Source of the DNA: Bacteroidota bacterium | GTDB lineage: Bacteria; Bacteroidota; Ignavibacteria; UBA10030; UBA6906 | Reading direction: 5' to 3' | Assembly (NCBI GenBank): GCA_036397975.1 | Contig: DASWHW010000056.1 | Span: forward strand, 766 to 64,765 | DNA: 64,000 nt | Shown here: piece by piece, positions 18,437 to 27,439 of the stretch | Layout of the letters: each line of letters starts with the position of its first letter | Numbering within the stretch: the stretch's first letter is position 1 | Notes under the pieces: model-generated | Told to the model about the DNA's origin: nothing | Seen by the model: only the letters and a program-made list of their open reading frames with translations | The model's database searches: none | Translations under genes and position numbers: made by a program

Positions 18437-18705
18437 TGTTCCTTGCAAGGGTTATAGGGACTGTCTGGGCGACTCGAAAAAACGAGTTTTTGCAGTCGCT
18501 CAAGATGCAGTTTATTCAACCGATGAATGCCAATCGAGAAAAAGTTGGCGATCCATTGGTTGCGATAGACACGGTTGGCGCAGGGGTTGGAGAGACGGTC
18601 ATGTACATTACTGCCCGCGAGGCTGTGATTCCTTTGCCGGTGGAAATGGCACCGGTCGATGCCAGCATTGTCGGCATCGTGGAGAAAATTGATTTGGAAG
18701 AGTAG
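18436..18705 (+). CDS. Second EutN/CcmL vertex protein (BMC-P), AREA variant
   Basis: MFLARVIGTVWATRK, AIDTVGAGVGE, TAREA, PVDASIVGIVE. Confidence 0.93.
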   Translation: MFLARVIGTVWATRKNEFLQSLKMQFIQPMNANREKVGDPLVAIDTVGAGVGETVMYITAREAVIPLPVEMAPVDASIVGIVEKIDLEE

Positions 18706-18777
18706 TGACGACCGCGCCCAGGATGGAACCGCGCGATGTCGTTCGCAGTTAATACAGAACGCTAGATGGAGTAAAGA

Positions 18778-19632
18778 GTGAAAAGTACCAAGCAATATAC
18801 AAGCCGTGAGAGCCAGTCTCTTGATACCTACCTTCAGGAAATCGGGAAGGTAGACCTTCTCAAGCCGGAGGAGGAGATTGATCTGGCGAAACGGATTAAG
18901 AAGGGAGACCAGCTTGCGCTGGAAAAGCTCACGAAGGCGAACCTTCGTTTTGTGGTGAGCGTGGCGAAACAATACCAGAACCAGGGTCTCTCGCTGGGCG
19001 ATCTCATCAACGAGGGGAACCTGGGTCTGATCAAGGCCGCGAAGCGTTTTGATGAGACACGCGGCTTCAAGTTTATTTCATACGCGGTGTGGTGGATCCG
19101 GCAGTCAATCTTGCAAGCGCTCGCGGAACAGTCCCGCATTGTGCGTCTTCCTCTCAACCGCGTCGGTGCTCTGAACAAAATCGGCAAGGCCTTCAGCTCG
19201 CTAGAACAGGAGTTTGAACGTGAGCCAAGTGCAAGCGAACTTGCGGAAGAGCTCGACATGTCATTGTATGACATCAACCTTGCACTCAAGAATTCTGGAC
19301 GCCATATTTCCATGGATGCGCCGTTCGTGCAGGGCGAAGAGAGTCGTCTTCTTGATGTCATCCAGGACGAGCGTCAACCATCTCCTGATTCGGAGTTGAT
19401 GAAGGAATCACTAAGTGGAGACGTCGAACGGGCTCTGGCAACGCTGACAGAGCGTGAGGCCGAAGTAGTTCGCCTTTATTTCGGTCTGGGGCGTGAGCAC
19501 TCACTCACACTTGAGGAGATTGGAGAAAGCTTCCGGCTCACACGTGAGCGTGTACGTCAGATCAAAGAAAAGGCGGTCCGTCGCTTGCGCCATGCGTCAC
19601 GCAGCAAACAATTGCGAGCGTATCTTGGCTGA
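18778..19632 (+). CDS. sigA: Primary RNA polymerase sigma factor, short Bacteroidota/Chlorobi type lacking region 1.1
   Basis: [52 protein letters not shown]; GTG start. Confidence 0.9.
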   Translation: MKSTKQYTSRESQSLDTYLQEIGKVDLLKPEEEIDLAKRIKKGDQLALEKLTKANLRFVVSVAKQYQNQGLSLGDLINEGNLGLIKAAKRFDETRGFKFISYAVWWIRQSILQALAEQSRIVRLPLNRVGALNKIGKAFSSLEQEFEREPSASELAEELDMSLYDINLALKNSGRHISMDAPFVQGEESRLLDVIQDERQPSPDSELMKESLSGDVERALATLTEREAEVVRLYFGLGREHSLTLEEIGESFRLTRERVRQIKEKAVRRLRHASRSKQLRAYLG

Positions 19633-19656
19633 GAAAGCCAAAGTGAAGAAGGGCAG

Positions 19657-19679
19657 AGCCTCCTTGATCGGAGGCTTTG
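19657..19679 (+). terminator. Hairpin after sigA (weak terminator)
   Basis: AGCCTCC-TTGATC-GGAGGCT with a short T tract. Confidence 0.45.
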
Positions 19680-19704
19680 CTGTTCAAGAGATGACGGGTG
19701 GTCG

Positions 19705-20340
19705 ATGATTCACATTCCCCGGAATGGAATATCGTACGTGTGGCTTGCCCCGGTTTTTGCTGTGTTTCTTGCGGGATGCTTTCCCTCCTCGCCCCGGTTT
19801 CGTTCGGACAATACGGAGCGACTCCGGCAGCAGCAGGAGGAAGATGAGACACGCTACGCGGCGAAAATCAGGGAGGAAGTAAGCAGGGAGGACGATCGTA
19901 AGGTCGATGTGAAGGCTGCCACAAGAAAACTCAGAACTAATGACGGAGGGGCGTTACCGCCACCTGGCGTCAACCGCGATAACTTTCTTCTTGAAGTCGT
20001 TTCATACCTCGGTGTTCCGTACGTTTATGGCGGGTCTTCAGACAAGGGAATGGACTGCTCGGGGTTCTCATCGACCGTCTATGCGCATGCGGTTGGGAAA
20101 GAACTCCCGCGTACGACCACACAACAATACGAGGTCGGAAGAGGTGTTCGGAAGAATGACCTGCGGTTTGGCGATCTTGTCTTCTTCAACACGACGGGGC
20201 GAAACCCATCCCATGTCGGAGTTTATATTGAAGATGATCTCTTCGCTCACGCCAGTGTTTCCTCCGGCGTGACATTGTCATCTCTGGAGAGCACATATTA
20301 CAAGAAACGGTACGTCGGCGCCCGACGTGTTCTTGAATAA
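19705..20340 (+). CDS. NlpC/P60 (C40) peptidoglycan endopeptidase lipoprotein
   Basis: Lipobox FLAGC; YLGVPYVYGG, MDCSGF, SHVGVY, FAHAS. Confidence 0.93.
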   Translation: MIHIPRNGISYVWLAPVFAVFLAGCFPSSPRFRSDNTERLRQQQEEDETRYAAKIREEVSREDDRKVDVKAATRKLRTNDGGALPPPGVNRDNFLLEVVSYLGVPYVYGGSSDKGMDCSGFSSTVYAHAVGKELPRTTTQQYEVGRGVRKNDLRFGDLVFFNTTGRNPSHVGVYIEDDLFAHASVSSGVTLSSLESTYYKKRYVGARRVLE

Positions 20341-20351
20341 GGAATAGCACT

Positions 20352-20936
20352 GTGTCCGTTTTACCAATCTATACATACGGAATGCCTGTTCTTCGAAAGA
20401 AGGCGAAAAGGATCACCGCAGTTGATGATCGGGTGCGCGTCTTCGTCGAAGACATGTTCGAAACGATGCACAACGCGGGGGGGATTGGTCTGGCTGCAAA
20501 CCAGGTTGGATCGTTGGAACGGGTTATTGTGATCGACATTTCAGAAATGGAAGAGTTGCAAAACTTGCCACCGGAGACTCCCGGAAAGAAACCGCTTGTG
20601 TTGATCAATCCGGAAGTTGTTCAGAAAGAAGGCAATTGGATTATGGAGGAGGGTTGCCTGAGCATACCCGAAATTCGGGACGATGTGGAACGGGCGGAAC
20701 ACATAACAGTAAATTTCAAGGACATTGAATGGAATGATTGTCAATTGACGTCAAGTGATTTGCTCGGTAGGGTCATTCTTCACGAGATTGATCATCTCGA
20801 TGGCATCCTCTTTACTGATCATATTTCCAAAATAAAGCAGAAGCTGCTTCGGGGACGATTGAATAACATTCGGAAGGGAGAATGTGATGTCCCGTATCCC
20901 ATCGTAACACCGCTTGTCGAAGAAAAGAAGATTTGA
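20352..20936 (+). CDS. def: Peptide deformylase
   Basis: GIGLAANQVG, EGCLS, HEIDHLDG. Confidence 0.97.
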   Translation: MSVLPIYTYGMPVLRKKAKRITAVDDRVRVFVEDMFETMHNAGGIGLAANQVGSLERVIVIDISEMEELQNLPPETPGKKPLVLINPEVVQKEGNWIMEEGCLSIPEIRDDVERAEHITVNFKDIEWNDCQLTSSDLLGRVILHEIDHLDGILFTDHISKIKQKLLRGRLNNIRKGECDVPYPIVTPLVEEKKI

Positions 20937-20937
20937 T

Positions 20938-21888
20938 GTGTCAACAGAAACGGGAGCCGGAGGACTAAAAATTGTATTCATGGGAACTCCGGAATTTGCG
21001 GTTCCGAGTCTTGAGATTCTCCTGAACAACAACTACGTGGTCGCCGCAGTTGTCACTGCCCCGGAGAAACCTCGTGGTCGCGGCCAGAAACCTTCTCCCA
21101 CCCCCATCGGTGTAATTGCCCGAAAGAACAACCTCACCCTACTTGCTCCTCAGTCTCTTCGTGAGAAAAAGCTTATAGAAACATTGAGCGCGTACCGACC
21201 AGATCTTATCGTCGTAGTCGCGTTTCGCATTCTCCCACCTGAAGTGTTTACGATACCCCGATTGGGTTCGTTCAACCTCCATGCATCGCTACTTCCGAAA
21301 TACCGGGGTGCAGCTCCCATCAACTACGCTATCATGAACGGTGAAAAAGAAACAGGTGTGACGACGTTTCTTCTACAGGAGAAGGTCGATACCGGAAATA
21401 TCTTGCTCCAGGCTCGTGTTCCAATCACAGAACAGGACAATGCAGGCACGATGCACGACAAGCTTGCGGAGGTAGGGGCAGAAATCGTTCTTCATACAGT
21501 CCAACTAATCGAACAAGGGAAGGCAAAACCACATTTGCAGGATGACAACATTGCAACTCCCGCTCCGAAGATATTCAAAGAAGACTGTCGGATTCAATGG
21601 AACCAGCCCGCACGCAGGGTGAGAGATTTTATTCGGGGTCTAGCTCCTTATCCTGGGGCGTTTACGAGACACAGGGGGAAGGTGTTGAAGATTTACAAGA
21701 CTGCTCTAGTCGATGACGCATCAGGAAGAAAACCCGGTACACTTATCGCTTCAGCAAACTCGCTTAACATTACCACTTCGGATTCGGCTCTTGCCATTCT
21801 TGAGCTTCAAGTGGAGGGAAGAAAGACATTGGAAGTAGAGGAATTCCTTCGGGGATACAGGATTGAATCGGGCGAGACATTCGAATAG
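20938..21888 (+). CDS. fmt: Methionyl-tRNA formyltransferase
   Basis: IVFMGTPEFA, NLHASLLPKYRGAAPI; GTG start chosen just after def. Confidence 0.96.
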   Translation: MSTETGAGGLKIVFMGTPEFAVPSLEILLNNNYVVAAVVTAPEKPRGRGQKPSPTPIGVIARKNNLTLLAPQSLREKKLIETLSAYRPDLIVVVAFRILPPEVFTIPRLGSFNLHASLLPKYRGAAPINYAIMNGEKETGVTTFLLQEKVDTGNILLQARVPITEQDNAGTMHDKLAEVGAEIVLHTVQLIEQGKAKPHLQDDNIATPAPKIFKEDCRIQWNQPARRVRDFIRGLAPYPGAFTRHRGKVLKIYKTALVDDASGRKPGTLIASANSLNITTSDSALAILELQVEGRKTLEVEEFLRGYRIESGETFE

Positions 21889-21928
21889 TTCCAGAATGAG
21901 CCCTACGAGATTTCTCAACCACTCCCGG

Positions 21929-22639
21929 ATGAACAGAATCGCTACATTGACGGCTAGTTCCGTCATATTAGTCCTATTGAGCGTCGGTTGTGGATCAACA
22001 CGCGAGCCTCTGGTTGTCACTGAGGCAAAGATCAATGCCCTGAGGGCTTTCGATGCACTGCTCCCGCTTGAACCTGACAGCATTGTTGAACTGTATAGAC
22101 TGAGTACTCCGGCGACATTTCATACGAGGTACCGTCATGAACTCGAGATGGCGGGTCGCTTTATTGACTCAATGAACGCTCTCCTTCCCGACTATGCCAG
22201 GATCGATACACTCGCGATTGACCACGAGTTCGAGAGTTTCGGGGAGGCAGGATGTACCGGCCGGACTATCTACCTTTCCAGCAGTTACTTTCTGATTTAC
22301 AACGATTCTGCTGTAATTTGTTCCATTCTTACGCATGAAACCGGGCATGTTCTGTTTCGCTATCTCCCGACAGCAACGCAAATCGCTCTGAACAAGATAT
22401 GGAAGAAACTGAGGGACGCTTCGTTGCTCTATCTCTTTCGGGATGGCGAGTATTCTGGTAATGCGAAGTTCGGTGGGCATCCGTATGAGAGTCCCGCTGA
22501 GCTTTTTGCTTCGGCTTTCAATCTTTTCCGAAACCAGAGGATAGAGGTTGCCTCCCGGCTTCGATATGTCGATCCGATTCATCTTCCTGATATCGAACGC
22601 CTTCGAGAAATCGTCGAGATTGCCGTTAAGGGTTCTTAA
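21929..22639 (+). CDS. Lipoprotein with a HExxH zinc-metallopeptidase motif
   Basis: Lipobox-like LLSVGC; ILTHETGHVLF; downstream ESPAELFASAF. Confidence 0.7.
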   Translation: MNRIATLTASSVILVLLSVGCGSTREPLVVTEAKINALRAFDALLPLEPDSIVELYRLSTPATFHTRYRHELEMAGRFIDSMNALLPDYARIDTLAIDHEFESFGEAGCTGRTIYLSSSYFLIYNDSAVICSILTHETGHVLFRYLPTATQIALNKIWKKLRDASLLYLFRDGEYSGNAKFGGHPYESPAELFASAFNLFRNQRIEVASRLRYVDPIHLPDIERLREIVEIAVKGS

Positions 22640-22682
22640 CCCGACGTTTTCGTTCCCTTCCATCACGCCTCTTTTTCCAGCC

Positions 22683-22738
22683 TTTACAATTTCATAATAT
22701 TTCCTTCACACTCCCTTAACCTTCGGACACTATCTTTG
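22683..22738 (+). promoter_or_regulatory. Pho-box-like direct-repeat array plus TAnnTTTG element upstream of the TonB receptor
   Basis: TTTACA(22683) ATAATA(22694) TTCACA(22705) TTAACC(22716) at exact 11-bp period; TATCTTTG at 22731. Confidence 0.65.
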
Positions 22739-22815
22739 GGGGAAAACCAATCTATGCTTTCCATCTTCTGCCAGATCATCTCAACAATCAAACTCACATG
22801 CTAGGGTCAGTATTC

Positions 22816-25551
22816 ATGAAAAACATTGCCAAAGTCGTCGGAATTGTCCTCGTGGCGATTTACTCTGCATACGGAGGCACACCAGGGTCAATTACAGGAA
22901 TAATTTATGATCAAAAGTCGGGTGATCAACTTATCGGCGTAAACGTCCTGGTCGAAGGAACCTCATTTGGGGGAACGACAGACCTCAATGGCAGATATTT
23001 GATTTCAAATCTTGGGGCTGGCGAATATACTTTACGAGTTTCCTACGTGGGCTATGCGACGAAAACTATCACCGGCGTGAAGGTCACGGCTGACGAGACC
23101 TTTAAACTGAATATTGAGATTTCCGAAGAGATGATTCAGGGTGAGGAGGTTGTCGTCACCGTCGAGCGAGTGCTTGATAGTGAAGCCGGTCTTCTTGCCG
23201 ATCGGAAGAACGCTGCAACGGTGCGCGATGGGATTAGTGCTGAGATCATTCGCCTTTCTCCAGCTTCAACCTCGGGCGATGCGGTGAAGCGTGTCACCGG
23301 TGTGGTAATCGTCGACGATAAATATGTTCAGGTGCGGGGAGCAACCGATAGGTACAATAGCACCTCGCTGAATGGGGTCTCCATGACCAGCACGGACACG
23401 GATGTCGACAAGAAGAGCTTTTCCTTCGATCTCGTTCCGTCTTCACTTATTGAAAACACTTTCGTTATTAAGAGCGCCACTCCTGATCTTCCGGGCGACT
23501 TCAGTGGAGGGTTGGTTCAGATAAACACGCTCGATATACCTCAGGATGAATTCCTCAATCTCGGGTTTTCTCCCTCCTATAACTCTCTGTCGAGCACCAA
23601 AGGTATAAGACTTCCGCAATCTGGCGGTACCGACTGGCTTGGTTTCGATAACGGGAACAGGTCATTCCCTTCTGGAGATCTTCCTCTTGCCCTGGCGGCC
23701 GAAAGACTTCCAAACAATTATGCTTCAAACAACAGGCGCGCGCCCATTGACGGATCGTATCAACTCTCGTACGGGAACCGCTTCTTGCTTGGGGAAAACC
23801 AACTCGGATTGATCGCCGCTCTCTCATACAAGGGTGCTTTCAAGAACGCAAGATTCGATGAGAGTCCGACCTTTGTCCAGGGAGGGATGCCGCAATATGT
23901 TTTTGCCGGCAGCAAAAGCTCCTTCGATGTGTTGTGGGGAGGGATAATTGATTTGCATTACCAATTCGATCGGCTACACAAAATAGGATTCAACAACAGC
24001 TACAATCAATCCGCGACCAATTCACTCGTGGAATCGCAGGGAACGAATATTGCAGGCAGCGCGGCCCAACGCAGGTCGATTGAGTGGGATCAGCGATCTC
24101 TCTATCTATCGCAGCTGAACGGCGACCATGTCCTCGGTGGATTAGGGAACATGAATATCCAGTGGAAGGCGTTCGTTTCTTCCTCAAAGGCTGACCAGCC
24201 GGACAGAAAACAGGTTGAATACACGCAGACCTCACAAGGTCTGTTTCGTCTCGCCGAGAACTACCGGACGTGGTCGAACCTCAGTGAAAAATCGAGAGGA
24301 TTCCGGCTTGATGGAAGCTACTCGCTCGGTGACGCGAAGCTAAAAATCGGTGGAGCATCAGAATTTCGCGAGAGAACGTTTGGAATTCAGGCGTATTCTA
24401 CACTATTGCCGACCGTACAGACCAGGCCGGGAGTTTCGAATCCAAATTATGCCGCGCTTGTGGTTCTTCCGATGGACAGCTTGTTCAGCCCTGAAAATTA
24501 CGGACAAAATAAGCTCAGCCTGGTGTCATCATCATTCTACAATGGGCAATATAATGGAACACATCGAATGAACGCGTACTTCGCGATGGTCGATGTTCCG
24601 TTCACGGTTTTGAACAATGACTTCAGGGTTGCCGGAGGCGCACGTCTCGAGAATTCAGAGCACAACGTTCGGTCGACGGACGCTGCAACGAGCAGCAACG
24701 CGTTTGCGAATCTTCATACAAACGATATTCTCCCATCGCTGAACTTTACTTGGTTGGCTCTTCCATCGACCAATCTTCGGTTATCGGCGTATCAGTCTGT
24801 GAATCGGCCTGAGTTCCGAGAACTTGCTCCTGTAGCATATCTCGATTTTAACCGGGACAGAAACGTTTCCGGTAATGCAGCGTTGCAACGGGCATACATC
24901 CATAATTATGATGCACGCGTTGAAGTATTCCCGGGAGTCGGAGAAGTTGTCGCGGCAAGTTACTTCTACAAGACGATCAGTAATGCAATTGAAGAGGCGC
25001 TCCGCCCCAACCCGGATCGCTATGTCCAGACCTGGTTTAATTCAGCGAATGGAAAAAACTCAGGGTTTGAATTAGAACTGCGAAAGTCTCTGGCTTTCGT
25101 TACACCGGAACTATCACGCCTCATCGTTGGAGTGAACTATACACGGGTCAATTCGGAAGTGGAATATACAGATGCACGAACCGATCCTCAGGGCAACGCA
25201 ATTATTGACACAAGAAATCGCCCGATGCAAGGACAAGCGCCCTGGACAGTCAACGGCTCGCTACAGTTCACCGAACCATTTATAGGAGCGACAATCCAAT
25301 TACTTTATAACACCTCCGGGCGCCGGTTGGCGTCCGTTGGTGATGATCGCGATCAGGACGTTTACGAGGAACCTCGGGATGTAATAGATCTTGCAATTTC
25401 CAGTCGGCTCTTCGACTTATTGAATGTCAAGTTTACCATTCGCGACCTGCAGGGAAAAGATCTTATCTACACCAGTGGAGGCGAAAAGGTCTTCTTTTCT
25501 CGTCAAGAACGGGGAACATCGTATGGTCTTGGTGTTTCGCTTAGTCTCTAA
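22816..25551 (+). CDS. TonB-dependent receptor with N-terminal carboxypeptidase-regulatory-like domain
   Basis: VSYVGY, plug AVKRVTGV...VRGATDRYN, NRPEFRELAP, C-terminal barrel strand YGLGVSLSL. Confidence 0.93.
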   Translation: MKNIAKVVGIVLVAIYSAYGGTPGSITGIIYDQKSGDQLIGVNVLVEGTSFGGTTDLNGRYLISNLGAGEYTLRVSYVGYATKTITGVKVTADETFKLNIEISEEMIQGEEVVVTVERVLDSEAGLLADRKNAATVRDGISAEIIRLSPASTSGDAVKRVTGVVIVDDKYVQVRGATDRYNSTSLNGVSMTSTDTDVDKKSFSFDLVPSSLIENTFVIKSATPDLPGDFSGGLVQINTLDIPQDEFLNLGFSPSYNSLSSTKGIRLPQSGGTDWLGFDNGNRSFPSGDLPLALAAERLPNNYASNNRRAPIDGSYQLSYGNRFLLGENQLGLIAALSYKGAFKNARFDESPTFVQGGMPQYVFAGSKSSFDVLWGGIIDLHYQFDRLHKIGFNNSYNQSATNSLVESQGTNIAGSAAQRRSIEWDQRSLYLSQLNGDHVLGGLGNMNIQWKAFVSSSKADQPDRKQVEYTQTSQGLFRLAENYRTWSNLSEKSRGFRLDGSYSLGDAKLKIGGASEFRERTFGIQAYSTLLPTVQTRPGVSNPNYAALVVLPMDSLFSPENYGQNKLSLVSSSFYNGQYNGTHRMNAYFAMVDVPFTVLNNDFRVAGGARLENSEHNVRSTDAATSSNAFANLHTNDILPSLNFTWLALPSTNLRLSAYQSVNRPEFRELAPVAYLDFNRDRNVSGNAALQRAYIHNYDARVEVFPGVGEVVAASYFYKTISNAIEEALRPNPDRYVQTWFNSANGKNSGFELELRKSLAFVTPELSRLIVGVNYTRVNSEVEYTDARTDPQGNAIIDTRNRPMQGQAPWTVNGSLQFTEPFIGATIQLLYNTSGRRLASVGDDRDQDVYEEPRDVIDLAISSRLFDLLNVKFTIRDLQGKDLIYTSGGEKVFFSRQERGTSYGLGVSLSL

Positions 25552-25593
25552 AGAGCTTTCATTCATCCACTATTCATAAGGAGTCTACCTTTC

Positions 25594-27276
25594 ATGAACA
25601 AACTGCACATCGGTTTTATCCTCTTCACAGTGTTGACGTTTTCAAATGTCGTCTTTGCTCAGCCAACCCAAATTCTCGGAACTCCAACCCCAGGAAGGAA
25701 TACAATTTCGCATCAGGCCTTTAATCGCACACTCAGCGCTGATACGGTGTACCGTCTTATTAACACATATGAGATTGATTCTACCTATTCTCTTACCATC
25801 CCTGCCGGAACCGTCATCCTTGGTGATACGGGTTCAGCATTTATTGTTCGTCGCGGTGCTCAGGTATTTGCGACGGGAACAGCCATTGACCCAATAGTGT
25901 TCACGAGTGTCCAAAATCCGGGATTCCGGGCGCCGGGAGATTGGGGCGGCGTAGTATTGCTCGGTCGCGCTCCGCTAAATAAAGTTGAACCAGCCGTTGA
26001 AGGGAACAACATTGATGCGTCTCTGAGCTATGGTGGATCTGTGGCCAACGACAATAGCGGTATACTCCGTTATGTTCGGATTGAGTTTGGTGGATTTCGT
26101 TATCAATTAAATAACGAAATTAACGGCCTTACTTGCGGAGGAGTTGGATCCGGAACGGAGATTGACCATGTCCAGGTTTCTTACTCTTTTGATGATTCCT
26201 TTGAATTCTTTGGAGGAACGGTGAGCCCAACACACCTGGTTGCATTCGGAGGGACGGACGATGATTTCGACACTGATTTTGGTTTCAAAGGAAAGCTACA
26301 GTTTCTCTTTGGTCTCAAGGATCCAAATTATTGGGATCCCACGGGAGAGAGCAATGGTTTCGAGTCGGACAATGATGGTTCTTCAACATCCACGGATATT
26401 CCATGGACTGAAGCAATAGTTTCCAATGTAACACTCATCGGTCCGGAGCGCACGAACGCTAATGTTCCACCCCCAATCGGCAATTCGTTCCAATATAGTG
26501 CGGTAATGCGCCGATCGACGCGACAGAAACTTTATAACTCAGTTATCATGGGCTATCCGTGGGGATTAAGCCTTCGGGATGTAAATACGATTGCAGCGGC
26601 AAATTCCGACACACTCCAATGGCGCAATGTTAGTATCCAAGCGACAACAACTCCACCAGGTGGAACCGCTGGGTTTGCACACGACATCAGTCGATGGTCA
26701 GGAGTGCAAACATGGTTTGATAACCCTGCATACAACAACATCGGGTCGGCGATCAGACTGCCTAACATCATTGGTTTGACAGACATGAGTGATTTGAATA
26801 ATCCTAATCCGGTGCCCGCAACGGGATCTGAACTCATCGGCTCTGCAAGTTTTGCAAACTCATATCTCTCGGGTTTCACAACCGTAACCTATCGGGGGGC
26901 ATTTGATCCTTCTCTGCCGATGTCCCAGCAATGGACAGCGGGTTGGACGAACTTTGATCCCCAGAATACGGGGTACACAACTGATGTGAAAGAGGTTGGT
27001 GGAATACTTCCCTTGATGTTCGTTTTGGAGCAGAACTACCCAAACCCATTCAATCCTTTAACAGTGATCAATTTTAGCGTGCCGAGCAGCGGTAATGCTG
27101 TATTAAAAGTATATGACATCCTTGGGCGCGAAATCACCACCCTCGTCGAAGGAGATCTCACGGCTGGTAACTATCAGGCTGAGTTCAACGCATCGAAACT
27201 GTCGTCGGGTACTTACTTCTATTCTCTGTCGACCAACGGTTCGACTCAGATAAAAAAGATGATGCTGATGAAGTAG
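25594..27276 (+). CDS. T9SS-secreted (CTD-bearing) protein, probable beta-helix, phosphate-locus associated
   Basis: Signal peptide; PGDWGGVVLLGRAP, NSGILRYVRIEFGG, DDSFEFFGG, DDDFDTD; C-terminal LEQNYPNPFNP...YDILGREI...SGTYFY...KKMMLMK. Confidence 0.9.
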   Translation: MNKLHIGFILFTVLTFSNVVFAQPTQILGTPTPGRNTISHQAFNRTLSADTVYRLINTYEIDSTYSLTIPAGTVILGDTGSAFIVRRGAQVFATGTAIDPIVFTSVQNPGFRAPGDWGGVVLLGRAPLNKVEPAVEGNNIDASLSYGGSVANDNSGILRYVRIEFGGFRYQLNNEINGLTCGGVGSGTEIDHVQVSYSFDDSFEFFGGTVSPTHLVAFGGTDDDFDTDFGFKGKLQFLFGLKDPNYWDPTGESNGFESDNDGSSTSTDIPWTEAIVSNVTLIGPERTNANVPPPIGNSFQYSAVMRRSTRQKLYNSVIMGYPWGLSLRDVNTIAAANSDTLQWRNVSIQATTTPPGGTAGFAHDISRWSGVQTWFDNPAYNNIGSAIRLPNIIGLTDMSDLNNPNPVPATGSELIGSASFANSYLSGFTTVTYRGAFDPSLPMSQQWTAGWTNFDPQNTGYTTDVKEVGGILPLMFVLEQNYPNPFNPLTVINFSVPSSGNAVLKVYDILGREITTLVEGDLTAGNYQAEFNASKLSSGTYFYSLSTNGSTQIKKMMLMK

Positions 27277-27307
27277 TAATCCTTCCTCCCTCTTTAAAGG
27301 AAGGATA

Positions 27308-27354
27308 GAGGCCCCCAGCAGCGCTGACCCCTGCATGAGGGGCCTCGCTTTTTT
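27308..27354 (+). terminator. Intrinsic terminator
   Basis: GAGGCCCC...GGGGCCTC stem then GCTTTTTT. Confidence 0.7.
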
Positions 27355-27377
27355 AGAAGAGCGACGATAGCAGTGAT

Positions 27378-27433
27378 TTTACAATTTGTTAACATTGGGG
27401 TAACACTCAGGAAACGTTAATTGTGCATATTTA
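27378..27433 (+). promoter_or_regulatory. Pho-box-like direct-repeat array upstream of porin-pstSCAB-phoU
   Basis: TTTACA(27378) TTAACA(27389) GTAACA(27400) GAAACG(27411) at exact 11-bp period; CATATTTA at 27426. Confidence 0.75.
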
Positions 27434-27439
27434 GAGCGC

